In this document: positions 1 through 8,926 of the stretch, piece by piece
Numbering within the stretch: the first letter of the stretch is position 1
How the letters are laid out: each line of letters begins with the position of its first letter
Source: Clostridiales bacterium
GTDB taxonomy: Bacteria; Bacillota; Clostridia; TANB77; SIG350
Assembly (NCBI GenBank): GCA_015056545.1
Contig: SVGE01000004.1
Coordinates: 36,721 to 100,720 of the forward strand
Reading direction: 5' to 3'
DNA: 64,000 nt
Position numbers and translations under genes: made by a program
The notes under the pieces: model-generated
Database searches by the model: none
Told to the model about the DNA's origin: nothing
Seen by the model: the letters and a program-made list of their open reading frames with translations, nothing else

Positions 1-156
1 TGTTTTAACAACTGTACATACACCTCTTTTTTGTGGTCCACCTGCATTTGTAGTTCTTTTTCTTTTTGTATCATATCCTTTTAATAATGCTGGGGCTTTT
101 GCTTTTTTAACTGTAGCTTTTCTTCCTTTTCTTACTAATTGGTTAACTGTTGGCAT
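1..156 (-). CDS. rpsL: 30S ribosomal protein S12, N-terminal 52 aa (gene continues beyond window start)
   Basis: Reverse-strand translation from ATG at 156-154 gives [48 protein letters not shown], which matches the canonical S12 N-terminus. A GGAGGTGAG RBS precedes it. Confidence 0.85.
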   Translation of the reverse strand, partial: MPTVNQLVRKGRKATVKKAKAPALLKGYDTKRKRTTNAGGPQKRGVCTVVKT

Positions 157-390
157 TTACTCACCTCCCTTCAATATTGTAGCTGCTGCTACTTTAACTT
201 GAACTTTAAACATATTACCTAATTTTTTCATAGATTCAATATATTTAATTTCAATATTCATGTTTTTACACATTTGTTCTAATTCTTGAATTACTATTTT
301 ATCAGCATCTTCTGCAATATATACACATTTAGCATTATTCTTTTTTACTTCTCTTATAGATTGATTAACACCTACTACTTTATCTTGCAA
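157..390 (-). CDS. L7Ae-family ribosomal protein (YbxF/RplGB-like), immediately upstream of rpsL
   Basis: 77 aa. Its position just 5' of rpsL fits the Firmicutes ybxF-rpsL arrangement. It has the VYIAEDAD and KYIESMKKLG motifs typical of the L7Ae/L30e fold, and a GGAGGTG RBS. Confidence 0.7.
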   Translation of the reverse strand: MQDKVVGVNQSIREVKKNNAKCVYIAEDADKIVIQELEQMCKNMNIEIKYIESMKKLGNMFKVQVKVAAATILKGGE

Positions 391-534
391 AATAACACCT
401 CCATAAAATTAATCATAGAACAGTATAAATCATACCATTTATTAGAAGAAATGTCAATAAAAACATGCAAAAAAGTTAGGGAAATAACTATTTTCCCCAA
501 CTTTTTATTCTTTTAATAAAATTAATTAATATTT

Positions 535-1233
535 TTACTGTTTTTTATCAATAAATTGCTTATTTCCGTTATAATATTTATTAAATTCATCCTCTATTAT
601 TCTTAAATAATTTTTATGAACTTGCATTTTAAATCTTTCATTAAAATATGAAGTTTTTACTTCTAATTCATAATATGGACTAATAAACCAAGGTTCACAT
701 AGAATAATGCTAATTATTTCAAAATCACCATCTCCGTAGTTTTCATTCAAATAATCAATTACATATTCTTTTATCTCATTTTGTTTTATTAATTCATTCT
801 TTTCTTGAATATAATGTCTTTGTTTTATAATTAATGTATCAATTCCTATAAATAATATAAATATAACTAATGTAACTAAAAAATATTTAATTATTCTATT
901 TCTCATTGCTTTTTTATCTATTCTTTGTAATACAATATTTTGTTTTTTCAAATTTCTACTTCTAATTATTTTGCATACAATAGTTATTAATAACATAACA
1001 GCATATATGCATATTGGAATAAAAGCAAAAAACATATATATAAATATCCACCAACCGATTTCTAAGCTTAGAAAATTCAAAAAATATCCAAATCCAATAA
1101 ATACATATCCAACAGATATTATTATTGAAGCAATTAATCCTGAAAATGTATTATTTTCTTTATTTCTCATAATTTTAATTAACATATACATTTGAAGTAA
1201 AAATAATAAAACATAATATATAAAAATTAACAT
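535..1233 (-). CDS. hypothetical multi-pass membrane protein
   Basis: 232 aa ORF with several hydrophobic segments and no recognisable motif. It abuts the downstream gene on the same strand. Confidence 0.5.
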   Translation of the reverse strand: MLIFIYYVLLFLLQMYMLIKIMRNKENNTFSGLIASIIISVGYVFIGFGYFLNFLSLEIGWWIFIYMFFAFIPICIYAVMLLITIVCKIIRSRNLKKQNIVLQRIDKKAMRNRIIKYFLVTLVIFILFIGIDTLIIKQRHYIQEKNELIKQNEIKEYVIDYLNENYGDGDFEIISIILCEPWFISPYYELEVKTSYFNERFKMQVHKNYLRIIEDEFNKYYNGNKQFIDKKQ

Positions 1234-1234
1234 A

Positions 1235-2110
1235 TTATATTACTCCTCTCTTAATTTTTACACCATATAAATCTTTTTTCGAGCAGCCAGCTCTTCCTCC
1301 TCCTGCACAGGCACACGCACAAGCGCAACTGCTCGCACAGGCACAACTACTTACGCAACTACTATGATAATGATGATGTCTATCATATCTATCATCATAA
1401 AAACCACTATGACTTGAATAAGGTGTAACTATAACAAATATCGCTACAAATATTATTATTCCAATTGGTATTAATAACATTAAATTATCAATTTGATTTT
1501 GCACCGAATTTGTCTGTTTTAAATCTTTAAAAGCTGTTTTTGCATAATACACTTCTGCTGTCATTTTTTCACTATAATCAAGATTTTGTTTATACCAAAC
1601 TAAATAATTATCAACAACTTTTGTAGCATTTGAATTTTTTATACTGTTGTTATTCCATTTAATAATCATTTCACCTATTTTACATTCATTAAACCACCCT
1701 GGTGTAAATTTAAAATTACAGTTACTTCCGCTTAATGTATAAATATTAGATTGATGCAAAGAAAAGGAAAATTTAATTGTTTCTCCTTGATAGTAATTTC
1801 TATCAAAATAAACTGCTACATAAGACCCGTTATATTTTTCAATTTTCTTTATATTATTTGTTAATGGTTTTAATTCATCAACACTTTTATTAGCAACCCC
1901 TATTTTTACCCAACTAAGTGGTCCTTCACTTGTAGAATCAAGAACAGTCCATTCTAGGTCATACCTAATATCTAATGTCCCATTTATTCTAGGATTAACA
2001 GTTACAATATACTTATTTATATAATCTAAATCTTTTGCATATGTATTAATACCAAATAGAGCTACTAAAAAGGTAACTAGTAAAATAATTTTTATTAAAC
2101 ATTTTTTCAT
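1235..2110 (-). CDS. signal-peptide membrane-anchored protein with a His/Cys/Ala-rich cytoplasmic tail
   Basis: AAAGGAGG RBS and ATG at 2110 (MKKCLIKIILLVTFLVALFG signal peptide). About 200 aa ectodomain, one C-terminal TM, then tail DRHHHYHSSCVSSCACASSCACACACAGGGRAGCS. The start overlaps the stop of the upstream rSAM gene (ATGA). Confidence 0.6.
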   Translation of the reverse strand: MKKCLIKIILLVTFLVALFGINTYAKDLDYINKYIVTVNPRINGTLDIRYDLEWTVLDSTSEGPLSWVKIGVANKSVDELKPLTNNIKKIEKYNGSYVAVYFDRNYYQGETIKFSFSLHQSNIYTLSGSNCNFKFTPGWFNECKIGEMIIKWNNNSIKNSNATKVVDNYLVWYKQNLDYSEKMTAEVYYAKTAFKDLKQTNSVQNQIDNLMLLIPIGIIIFVAIFVIVTPYSSHSGFYDDRYDRHHHYHSSCVSSCACASSCACACACAGGGRAGCSKKDLYGVKIKRGVI

Positions 2111-3495
2111 TTCGTAGCCTCCTTTAATGGACATTTATTAATATTTTTGCAAGAATAGATACGTATCTTTTTACATTTTTCTGAATTCCAAACTTTTTCC
2201 CATTTATCTTGTAACATATTACCTAGTCCCGCTTCATTATTAAGCCAACTTTGGCATGGAACAATCTGTCCATCTGGTGCAATTGCCATATTACTTAAAC
2301 ATGCTCCACAAGAAGGAATATTCATTCCTAATTTTTTAAGTTCATACCCTTGTACCCAACCTGGTGATGTAAAGTCTATTTCCATTAAATTCTCATCTGT
2401 ATATTTTTTGGCTTTAATTAATATTTCTAATAATTCATTTTCTTTTAATTGTGTATCTTTTGACTCTTTATTTAAAGCATTCCCAGTTACTATTAATCCA
2501 GAACAAGTCACATATTTAATACCTAATTCATTTGCAAATTTTAAAGTTTCTTCATAATCTGAATTTAGTTTACAAAGTGGTGTATTAATACTAACATTTA
2601 AATTAGCTTTTACTGCATTTTTAATTCCTTCAACCGTTTTTTCAAAATTATTAGCACCAACTAGCTTGTTATGTATTTCTGGAATATTTGAATATAGAGT
2701 AACTTGAACACTATCTAAACTCGCATCATATAATTTTCTGCAAAGTTCTTCTGTTAATAATACTCCATTTGTATTAAGTCTAGTTATAAACCATTTAGAA
2801 TAATCTATTAATTCAACTAAATCTTCTCTTTTTGTAGGTTCTCCACCTGTAAATGTTAATTGTGGAATATAACTTACTTTGCATTTATCTATTACTTTTT
2901 TCCACTCTTCTGTAGACAACTCTTTCGTTTCAGCATAAACTTGACCTGCAGCATAACAATGTATACATTTTTGATTACAATTCCATATTCCATCCTTTTG
3001 CATAGAACTTATCATTAAATCCATTCTATGTGGTGCCAACATATTTTTAGAATATTTGCTTATAGATAATTGCCCTATATTTACTTTTACTTCTCTTCCT
3101 AGAGCAACATCAGATAATGTTCCAATTAAAATATCCAAATCTATAATAAATCTTTTCTTTTTTGTAAAACAATATATTTTAGACATTCTTATTGATATTT
3201 CTTTTTTTATTTTTTCTATCTCTTCTTGTGTAATTTCTTTTCCTTCATATTCATTAATTTTTTCAATGAACATTGAAAGCATAATAGTCCATGCTAAATT
3301 TATAGGAATAATGTCTTTTCCATTTAATATAACTAAACTAGGTTTAGTTTTTAATAAATTCAATTTAGCAGGAATTAAATGAATTCTTACAACACCTGGC
3401 TCATATGGATTTAATGTTGTATGTAATACTTTATTAAGATTTTTTCTACAATATAAATATTCACTAAGAGTCATATTCTTTCTCCTTTTCGACAT
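2107..3495 (-). CDS. radical SAM protein with C-terminal SPASM/twitch-type Cys cluster and ~170-aa N-terminal extension
   Basis: CNQKCIHC (CxxxCxxC) at about residue 175, GGEP motif (LTFTGGEPTK), and C-terminal CGAC...PC cysteine cluster. Confidence 0.75.
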   Translation of the reverse strand: MSKRRKNMTLSEYLYCRKNLNKVLHTTLNPYEPGVVRIHLIPAKLNLLKTKPSLVILNGKDIIPINLAWTIMLSMFIEKINEYEGKEITQEEIEKIKKEISIRMSKIYCFTKKKRFIIDLDILIGTLSDVALGREVKVNIGQLSISKYSKNMLAPHRMDLMISSMQKDGIWNCNQKCIHCYAAGQVYAETKELSTEEWKKVIDKCKVSYIPQLTFTGGEPTKREDLVELIDYSKWFITRLNTNGVLLTEELCRKLYDASLDSVQVTLYSNIPEIHNKLVGANNFEKTVEGIKNAVKANLNVSINTPLCKLNSDYEETLKFANELGIKYVTCSGLIVTGNALNKESKDTQLKENELLEILIKAKKYTDENLMEIDFTSPGWVQGYELKKLGMNIPSCGACLSNMAIAPDGQIVPCQSWLNNEAGLGNMLQDKWEKVWNSEKCKKIRIYSCKNINKCPLKEATK

Positions 3496-3638
3496 TAATT
3501 TTCATTTTGAGTATATAATAACTATTTCAACATATCAATAAAAATTTATTTAATTCTAAATTTTGTTATAACACTTGAAAATATATCAAATATAATATAT
3601 TTTAATAATATATGAAATAATCATACATGGAGGTTAAA

Positions 3639-5033
3639 ATGAATTTAAAAATAAAAGATATTATAAAGTGTACAAATGGAATATTACTAACTGGAAACGA
3701 AAACTTTGAATGCGTAGACTTTTCTAAAGATACAAGAACAATAAAAAGTGGTGATACATACATTGGAATTAAAGGTGAAAAGTTTGATGGTAATCTATTT
3801 TGGGAAGATGCATTAAATAAAGGTGCAAGTACAGTAATTATAAATAAAATAGATATTCCTAAAGATAAAATAAATAAATACTCAAACAAAAATATTATTC
3901 AAGTAAATGATACTAAAAAAGCATTACTTCAAATAGCAACTGCTAAAAGAAATTTATATAAAGACTTAATAGTTGTCGGTGTAACTGGAAGTGTTGGTAA
4001 AACAAGTACAAAAGATATTATTGCTTCTGTTTTAAGTCAAAAATATACCACATTAAAAACAGAAGGAAATAATAATAATGATATAGGTCTTCCATTTACA
4101 ATTTTAAGATTAAAAGATGAACAAGTTGCTGTAATTGAAATGGGTATGAACCATTTAGGCGAAATAAGTGTACTTACTAAAGTAGCTAAACCAACTATTT
4201 CAGTAATAACTAATATAGGGACTTCACATATAGGGAACTTAGGATCTCGTGAAAATATTTTAAAAGCAAAATTAGAAATTTTAGAAGGAATGGAAAAAAC
4301 AAATTTAGTAATAAATAATGATAATGACCTTCTACATAATTGGTATATAGAAAATAAAGATAAATTAAACATACATACATTTGGAATTAATGAAATATCC
4401 AATTGTATGGCTAATAATATAATAAAAAATGAAAATGCAAGTACTTTTGAATGTAATATTGATGGCATGAAATTTGAAGAAACTGTTCCAATTGGTGGTG
4501 ATGTCTTTATATTAAATGCTTTATGTGCTAGCCTTATAGGTAATATACTTAACTTAAGCAATGAAGAAATTCAAAAAGGTATTTCAACTATTGAACTTAC
4601 TAAAAAAAGAATGGAAATTATTAAATTAAATAATGGTGTAACATTAATTAATGATTCATATAATGCAAGTTTTGAGTCTATAAAAGCTTCTCTTGAATAT
4701 TTATCTAATACAAATGCTAATAGAAAAATTGCTGTTTTAGGTGATATATTTGAATTAGGTGAATTTGCAGAAGAAATGCATAAAAAAGTTGGAAAAGAAG
4801 TTGCAAATAATAATATAGACTTATTATTTGTCATTGGTGAAAATTCTAAATATATTGTAGAAGAAGCAATAAATAATGGCATGAACGAACAAAATATTTA
4901 CTATGCAAAAAATAAAGAAGATTTAATCCAAAAACTAAAAAAAGAAATGTCTGATGGTGACTGTATATTATTTAAAGCTTCAAATGGAATGAAACTTTTT
5001 GATATAGTTGAAAAATTAAAACAAGAAATATAA
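3639..5033 (+). CDS. murF: UDP-N-acetylmuramoyl-tripeptide--D-alanyl-D-alanine ligase
   Basis: GGAGG RBS then ATG at 3639. P-loop VVGVTGSVGKTSTKD and Mur ligase domain order are present. Confidence 0.85.
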   Translation: MNLKIKDIIKCTNGILLTGNENFECVDFSKDTRTIKSGDTYIGIKGEKFDGNLFWEDALNKGASTVIINKIDIPKDKINKYSNKNIIQVNDTKKALLQIATAKRNLYKDLIVVGVTGSVGKTSTKDIIASVLSQKYTTLKTEGNNNNDIGLPFTILRLKDEQVAVIEMGMNHLGEISVLTKVAKPTISVITNIGTSHIGNLGSRENILKAKLEILEGMEKTNLVINNDNDLLHNWYIENKDKLNIHTFGINEISNCMANNIIKNENASTFECNIDGMKFEETVPIGGDVFILNALCASLIGNILNLSNEEIQKGISTIELTKKRMEIIKLNNGVTLINDSYNASFESIKASLEYLSNTNANRKIAVLGDIFELGEFAEEMHKKVGKEVANNNIDLLFVIGENSKYIVEEAINNGMNEQNIYYAKNKEDLIQKLKKEMSDGDCILFKASNGMKLFDIVEKLKQEI

Positions 5034-5111
5034 CAAGAAAATGCACAATAATATATATTTTTATCTTGACTTTTCTCAAAAAAGATATATAATATATGTG
5101 CATTTATTTAT

Positions 5112-5187
5112 GCGCCATTAGCTCAGTTGGTAGAGCAACTGACTCTTAATCAGTGGGTCCGGAGTTCGAGTCTCCGATGGCGCACCA
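5112..5187 (+). tRNA. tRNA-Lys (anticodon CTT)
   Basis: Cloverleaf folded by hand: acceptor gcgccat/atggcgc, anticodon loop cuCUUaa, T-loop ttcgagt, 3' CCA encoded. Confidence 0.85.
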
Positions 5188-5232
5188 AAAAAACACGCTA
5201 TTTTCAAATAAAAAATAGCGTGTTTTTATTAC
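5188..5232 (+). terminator. rho-independent terminator after tRNA-Lys (near-palindromic, may work bidirectionally)
   Basis: aaaaacacgctatttt / aaaatagcgtgttttt inverted repeat followed by a T-run. Confidence 0.7.
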
Positions 5233-5233
5233 A

Positions 5234-5971
5234 TTATCTTAAATATATTGGAACCCACCAACCACCTGCTGTTTTCTCCATTTTTTCATATTCCTTCAAA
5301 CCTTCTATTGCTATCAATAATTCTTCATCTGTTGGCCTTGTTGTAAATAACATTTGCATAATAATTGTTAACACCTTAGGCCTATCAATAAGATATAGTA
5401 TCGTAAGTATACCAATTATAGCAATATGAATTAAAATATCTAAATCAAAAGTTAATTCAATACATAACAATAATTCAAAAAAAATAAACCTAAGAGTATG
5501 CTTTTTCTCCACATCTTTATAAAAAAGCGAATATTGATTTGTTTCTTCTAAAGTAGGAATTCTTCCTAAATCATTATATGCATTCAAAACTATATTTCTT
5601 GCTCCAATAAGTTTTCCGATTTTTTTATCTTTGCCAAACTTAACTTTATATGATACATTAAGTAAATTCAAAAAATCAGTAGATACAAACAGTGCAAAGA
5701 TAAGTGTTGATGCAACAATAGCAGAATTTTTAATAAAATATACACCAATAAACATGCTAAGTACTACTAGCAATATATCGATCAGAACAATTGTCTTCTG
5801 TTTTACTTTTGGCATATATAAGTCATCTTTAATAGATGCTTCTTCAACCTGCTTGCTTTGTATCTTTCCTGAACTATCCAAAAATGTTTGTGAGCATAAA
5901 TTAGGATGTTTGTTAGAATAAAAAACTATTCCGTCCTTTTTTATCCGAGTTCGAATATTACATTCTTTCAT
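5234..5971 (-). CDS. hypothetical membrane protein
   Basis: 245 aa ORF with central TM segments and no recognisable motif. Confidence 0.45.
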   Translation of the reverse strand: MKECNIRTRIKKDGIVFYSNKHPNLCSQTFLDSSGKIQSKQVEEASIKDDLYMPKVKQKTIVLIDILLVVLSMFIGVYFIKNSAIVASTLIFALFVSTDFLNLLNVSYKVKFGKDKKIGKLIGARNIVLNAYNDLGRIPTLEETNQYSLFYKDVEKKHTLRFIFFELLLCIELTFDLDILIHIAIIGILTILYLIDRPKVLTIIMQMLFTTRPTDEELLIAIEGLKEYEKMEKTAGGWWVPIYLR

Positions 5972-6071
5972 ATCTTTTAACTCCTTCTATATTAAAATTT
6001 TCTATTCCATTATACAACATTTTATTTATTTATTCAAGAACAATAGTTCTAAAAATCTTATCCGAAGTAAT

Positions 6072-7040
6072 TTACATCTCAAAATATTCTTTTAATACTT
6101 TATATATCTCATCAATATTTTCTAATGAATTAATTATATTTTTCATATTAGAATTATTTTTCATTCCTTTTATATACCATGCAATATGTTTTCTCATTTC
6201 CCTTATAGCCGTATATTCTCCCTTATTTTTTATACATAATTCATAATGTTTTAATATCATTTCATATTTTTCTTTATCTGATATTTCAATATCTATATTA
6301 TTCAAATCTTTTTCAATAATTTTATTAAATACCCAAGGATTTCCTAAACTAGCTCTTCCTATCATAATTCCATCTACATTAGTATAATCAAACATCTTTT
6401 TAGCAGACTCATAATCTTCTATATCACCATTTCCTATAACAGGAATACTTACACTTTCTTTAACTTGTCTAATTATATCTAAATCACATGTTCCTGAATA
6501 AAATTCTTGTCTAGTTCTTCCATGAATAGTTATAAGGCTAGCCCCAGCTTCTTCAATAATCTTTGCTACTTCACTTGCATTCACTTGTGTGTCATCCCAA
6601 CCTTTTCTTATCTTCACAGTTATAGGTTTATTAGTTGAACTAACAGCACTTCTTACTATATCTCCTATTAATTTAGGTTCTTTAAGTAGAGAACTGCCTT
6701 CACCATTACTTGTTACTTTAGGTGCTGGACATCCCATATTTATATCTATAATATCCGCATTATCTTCTATTTTCCTTATTGCTTCACTAATAATATATGG
6801 GTCATTACCAAAAATCTGCACTGCCCTAGGCATTCCTTCAATATCTGTATCCATTAATTCTATTGTTTTTTTATCATTATAATAAATTCCTTTAGAACTA
6901 ATCATTTCTGTATACACTAATCCAGCATTTTGCTCAGCACAAATTTTTCTAAAAGCTTTATCTGTTATTCCAGCCATTGGAGCTAAAAATATATTATTTT
7001 TTATTTCTACATTTCCTATTTTTATCTTTTTTATATACAT
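6072..7040 (-). CDS. dusB: tRNA-dihydrouridine synthase
   Basis: LAPMAGITDKAFR N-terminal motif and the TIM-barrel Dus family signature. Confidence 0.85.
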   Translation of the reverse strand: MYIKKIKIGNVEIKNNIFLAPMAGITDKAFRKICAEQNAGLVYTEMISSKGIYYNDKKTIELMDTDIEGMPRAVQIFGNDPYIISEAIRKIEDNADIIDINMGCPAPKVTSNGEGSSLLKEPKLIGDIVRSAVSSTNKPITVKIRKGWDDTQVNASEVAKIIEEAGASLITIHGRTRQEFYSGTCDLDIIRQVKESVSIPVIGNGDIEDYESAKKMFDYTNVDGIMIGRASLGNPWVFNKIIEKDLNNIDIEISDKEKYEMILKHYELCIKNKGEYTAIREMRKHIAWYIKGMKNNSNMKNIINSLENIDEIYKVLKEYFEM

Positions 7041-7044
7041 TTTA

Positions 7045-8157
7045 TCATCCCATTAAAATTACTTTTTGTCTTTGTCCACTAATATTTAATAATATTCCTA
7101 TTGCTACCATATTAGAAAGCATTGAACTACCACCATAACTTACAAAAGGTAAAGGTACACCTGTTATTGGTAATAATCCCATTGTCATCCCTATATTTTC
7201 TGTTGCATAAAATATAAACATCCCTGCTATTCCTAATGCAACTAATGCACCAAAATTATCTTTTGCACTTCTAGATATATATATACAACGTAAAATTAAA
7301 GCCATAAATAAAACTATTACTGGTCCAGCAACTATAAATCCCATTTCTTCTGCAATTACAGCATAAATAAAATCTGTTGTTTTAGGACTTAAATACCCTA
7401 ATTGAGTTTGATTTCCTTCACCAAGGCCCATACCCGCAAGTTTTCCAGAACCAATAGCTAATTTTGATTGTGTAACATTATATCCAATTCCTAATGGATC
7501 AAGAGATGGATCTAAAAATACTTTTATCCTATTTTTAGCATGTGTTGGCAAAACAAACATATATAATAATGGCACTATTATTACTACTGCTAATATCGCA
7601 CCAGCTATATATTTTTTACTTAAATTAGACACAAATAACATAAGAACAGTAAATACCAAAAATACCATAGCTGTTCCATAGTCTGGTTGCATAGCAATAA
7701 GTACAACCGGAACCATAACTAATATACCTACTAATAATAAGTTTTTTACTTTATTTATTTCATCATCACTTTTTTTATTAATTTTTGTAATAACCGCAGA
7801 TAATGAAATAATTGTAAATAACTTAGCTACTTCTGATGGTTGAAATTGCATAAATCCTAAATTAAACCAACTTGTAGCACCATTAATAGGGTTTGTAAAT
7901 AATACTGCAATAAGTAGTAAAATAGCTATTCCATATAAGACATACCATATTTTTTCATAAAACTCATAATTTATAAAAGTAACTACTACCATAACAACAA
8001 AGCCAATTCCTGCCCACATTATTTGTTTATTTAATTCAGAAACACCACTTACATCTTTGGTTGCACTCCATAATGCAATACAACCAATACAAATAAGTAT
8101 TCCAATTATTACTATTAATTTATAATCTAGATTTTTTAGTAATTTTTTATTCATCAT
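7045..8157 (-). CDS. rodA: SEDS-family peptidoglycan glycosyltransferase (RodA/FtsW/SpoVE)
   Basis: About 10 TM segments, and SEDS motifs MQFQPSE and GVPLPFVSYGGSS. Confidence 0.8.
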   Translation of the reverse strand: MMNKKLLKNLDYKLIVIIGILICIGCIALWSATKDVSGVSELNKQIMWAGIGFVVMVVVTFINYEFYEKIWYVLYGIAILLLIAVLFTNPINGATSWFNLGFMQFQPSEVAKLFTIISLSAVITKINKKSDDEINKVKNLLLVGILVMVPVVLIAMQPDYGTAMVFLVFTVLMLFVSNLSKKYIAGAILAVVIIVPLLYMFVLPTHAKNRIKVFLDPSLDPLGIGYNVTQSKLAIGSGKLAGMGLGEGNQTQLGYLSPKTTDFIYAVIAEEMGFIVAGPVIVLFMALILRCIYISRSAKDNFGALVALGIAGMFIFYATENIGMTMGLLPITGVPLPFVSYGGSSMLSNMVAIGILLNISGQRQKVILMG

Positions 8158-8324
8158 TTCACTCCTTAGGTAAATATATTACCACAAAATTAAATAAAAG
8201 TATATACAAAAAAAAGAAAAAATAGGCAAAAGTTCTCAAGTAAAATTGAGCAATTATTCTCATATAAAAAATAAAAAAATAAAAACACCTTTTTATGAAA
8301 AAAGTCCCGATCACCCACCCCAAA

Positions 8325-8348
8325 TAGTAAATACGGTACAGCTCTAAC
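8325..8348. repeat. 9-bp-stem hairpin at the module boundary (acggtacag-ctctaa-ctgtaccgt); paralogous copy at 21040-21060
   Basis: Perfect inverted repeat overlapping the stop codon of the small ORF. A near-identical hairpin and G-rich flank are present at the second module. Confidence 0.6.
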
Positions 8349-8736
8349 TGTACCGTATCCTCTCTTTCATTAAATATCCATATATTTCATTTATTTTATT
8401 TCGTTTAGTTATATATCTATTTGCTATATTATATATTTCATTATATTTATTTTTATAATTTTCTTCTAATTCTATATTATATTTATTACTTCTATCAATT
8501 ACCTTATAATTTATACATTTAGCTTCTAATCTACTAATTACCTTATTTAATGCTACTTCTGGAAAACCACAACTATTTATATTTCCTTCTACTTTTTTAA
8601 TCTGATAATTATACATATATGAAATTATCTGACTAGCATCTTTTCCATATACATTTAAGAATTTACCTACCCTTATCATTACTATATCTTCTTTATGTAA
8701 TTCTTTAATTATTCTTACTATATTTATTATTCCCAT
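8344..8736 (-). CDS. small protein resembling MutS mismatch-recognition domain I (stand-alone), encoded at the Avd-like position 3' of a DGR-target-like gene
   Basis: 130 aa. The stretch IVMIRVGKFLNVYGKDASQI...NSCGFPEVALNKVISRLEAKCINYKVI aligns with the GxFYE...DA...GxP...L core of MutS domain I. This is recalled from memory, not searched. Confidence 0.5.
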   Translation of the reverse strand: MGIINIVRIIKELHKEDIVMIRVGKFLNVYGKDASQIISYMYNYQIKKVEGNINSCGFPEVALNKVISRLEAKCINYKVIDRSNKYNIELEENYKNKYNEIYNIANRYITKRNKINEIYGYLMKERIRYS

Positions 8737-8926
8737 ATCTTCTCCCCATCTAGCTTCCCAAAAAAGAACAGTTTAGAGAGTTGACTTGGGCTTCGTGGGC
8801 GGAAAATATTCTCCTCCCACGAGCTTAAATCCTTTATTATTTCAATATTTTTATTTTAATTTTTTCTATATTACTATTTCCAGCGCCTCGCAAGGTGACA
8901 AAAAGCCCCCTTGCGCGCAATGCTAG

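Noticed and set aside
4037-4882. Minus-strand ORFs 4037-4561 and 4571-4882
   Set aside because: They lie entirely inside murF on the opposite strand, with low-complexity hydrophobic translations. They are antisense artefacts.
8160-8343. Integration att site or tRNA fragment at the G-rich box and hairpin flanking the modules
   Set aside because: Only a hairpin and a G-rich box are conserved, and no tRNA-like fold or integrase gene lies adjacent. It is more simply a terminator or module boundary.
8737-8926. Possible DGR template repeat in the spacer between target gene and small ORF
   Set aside because: Compared by eye with both variable regions and the IMH-like flank. There is no extended match, only a weak ttagag..act resemblance.
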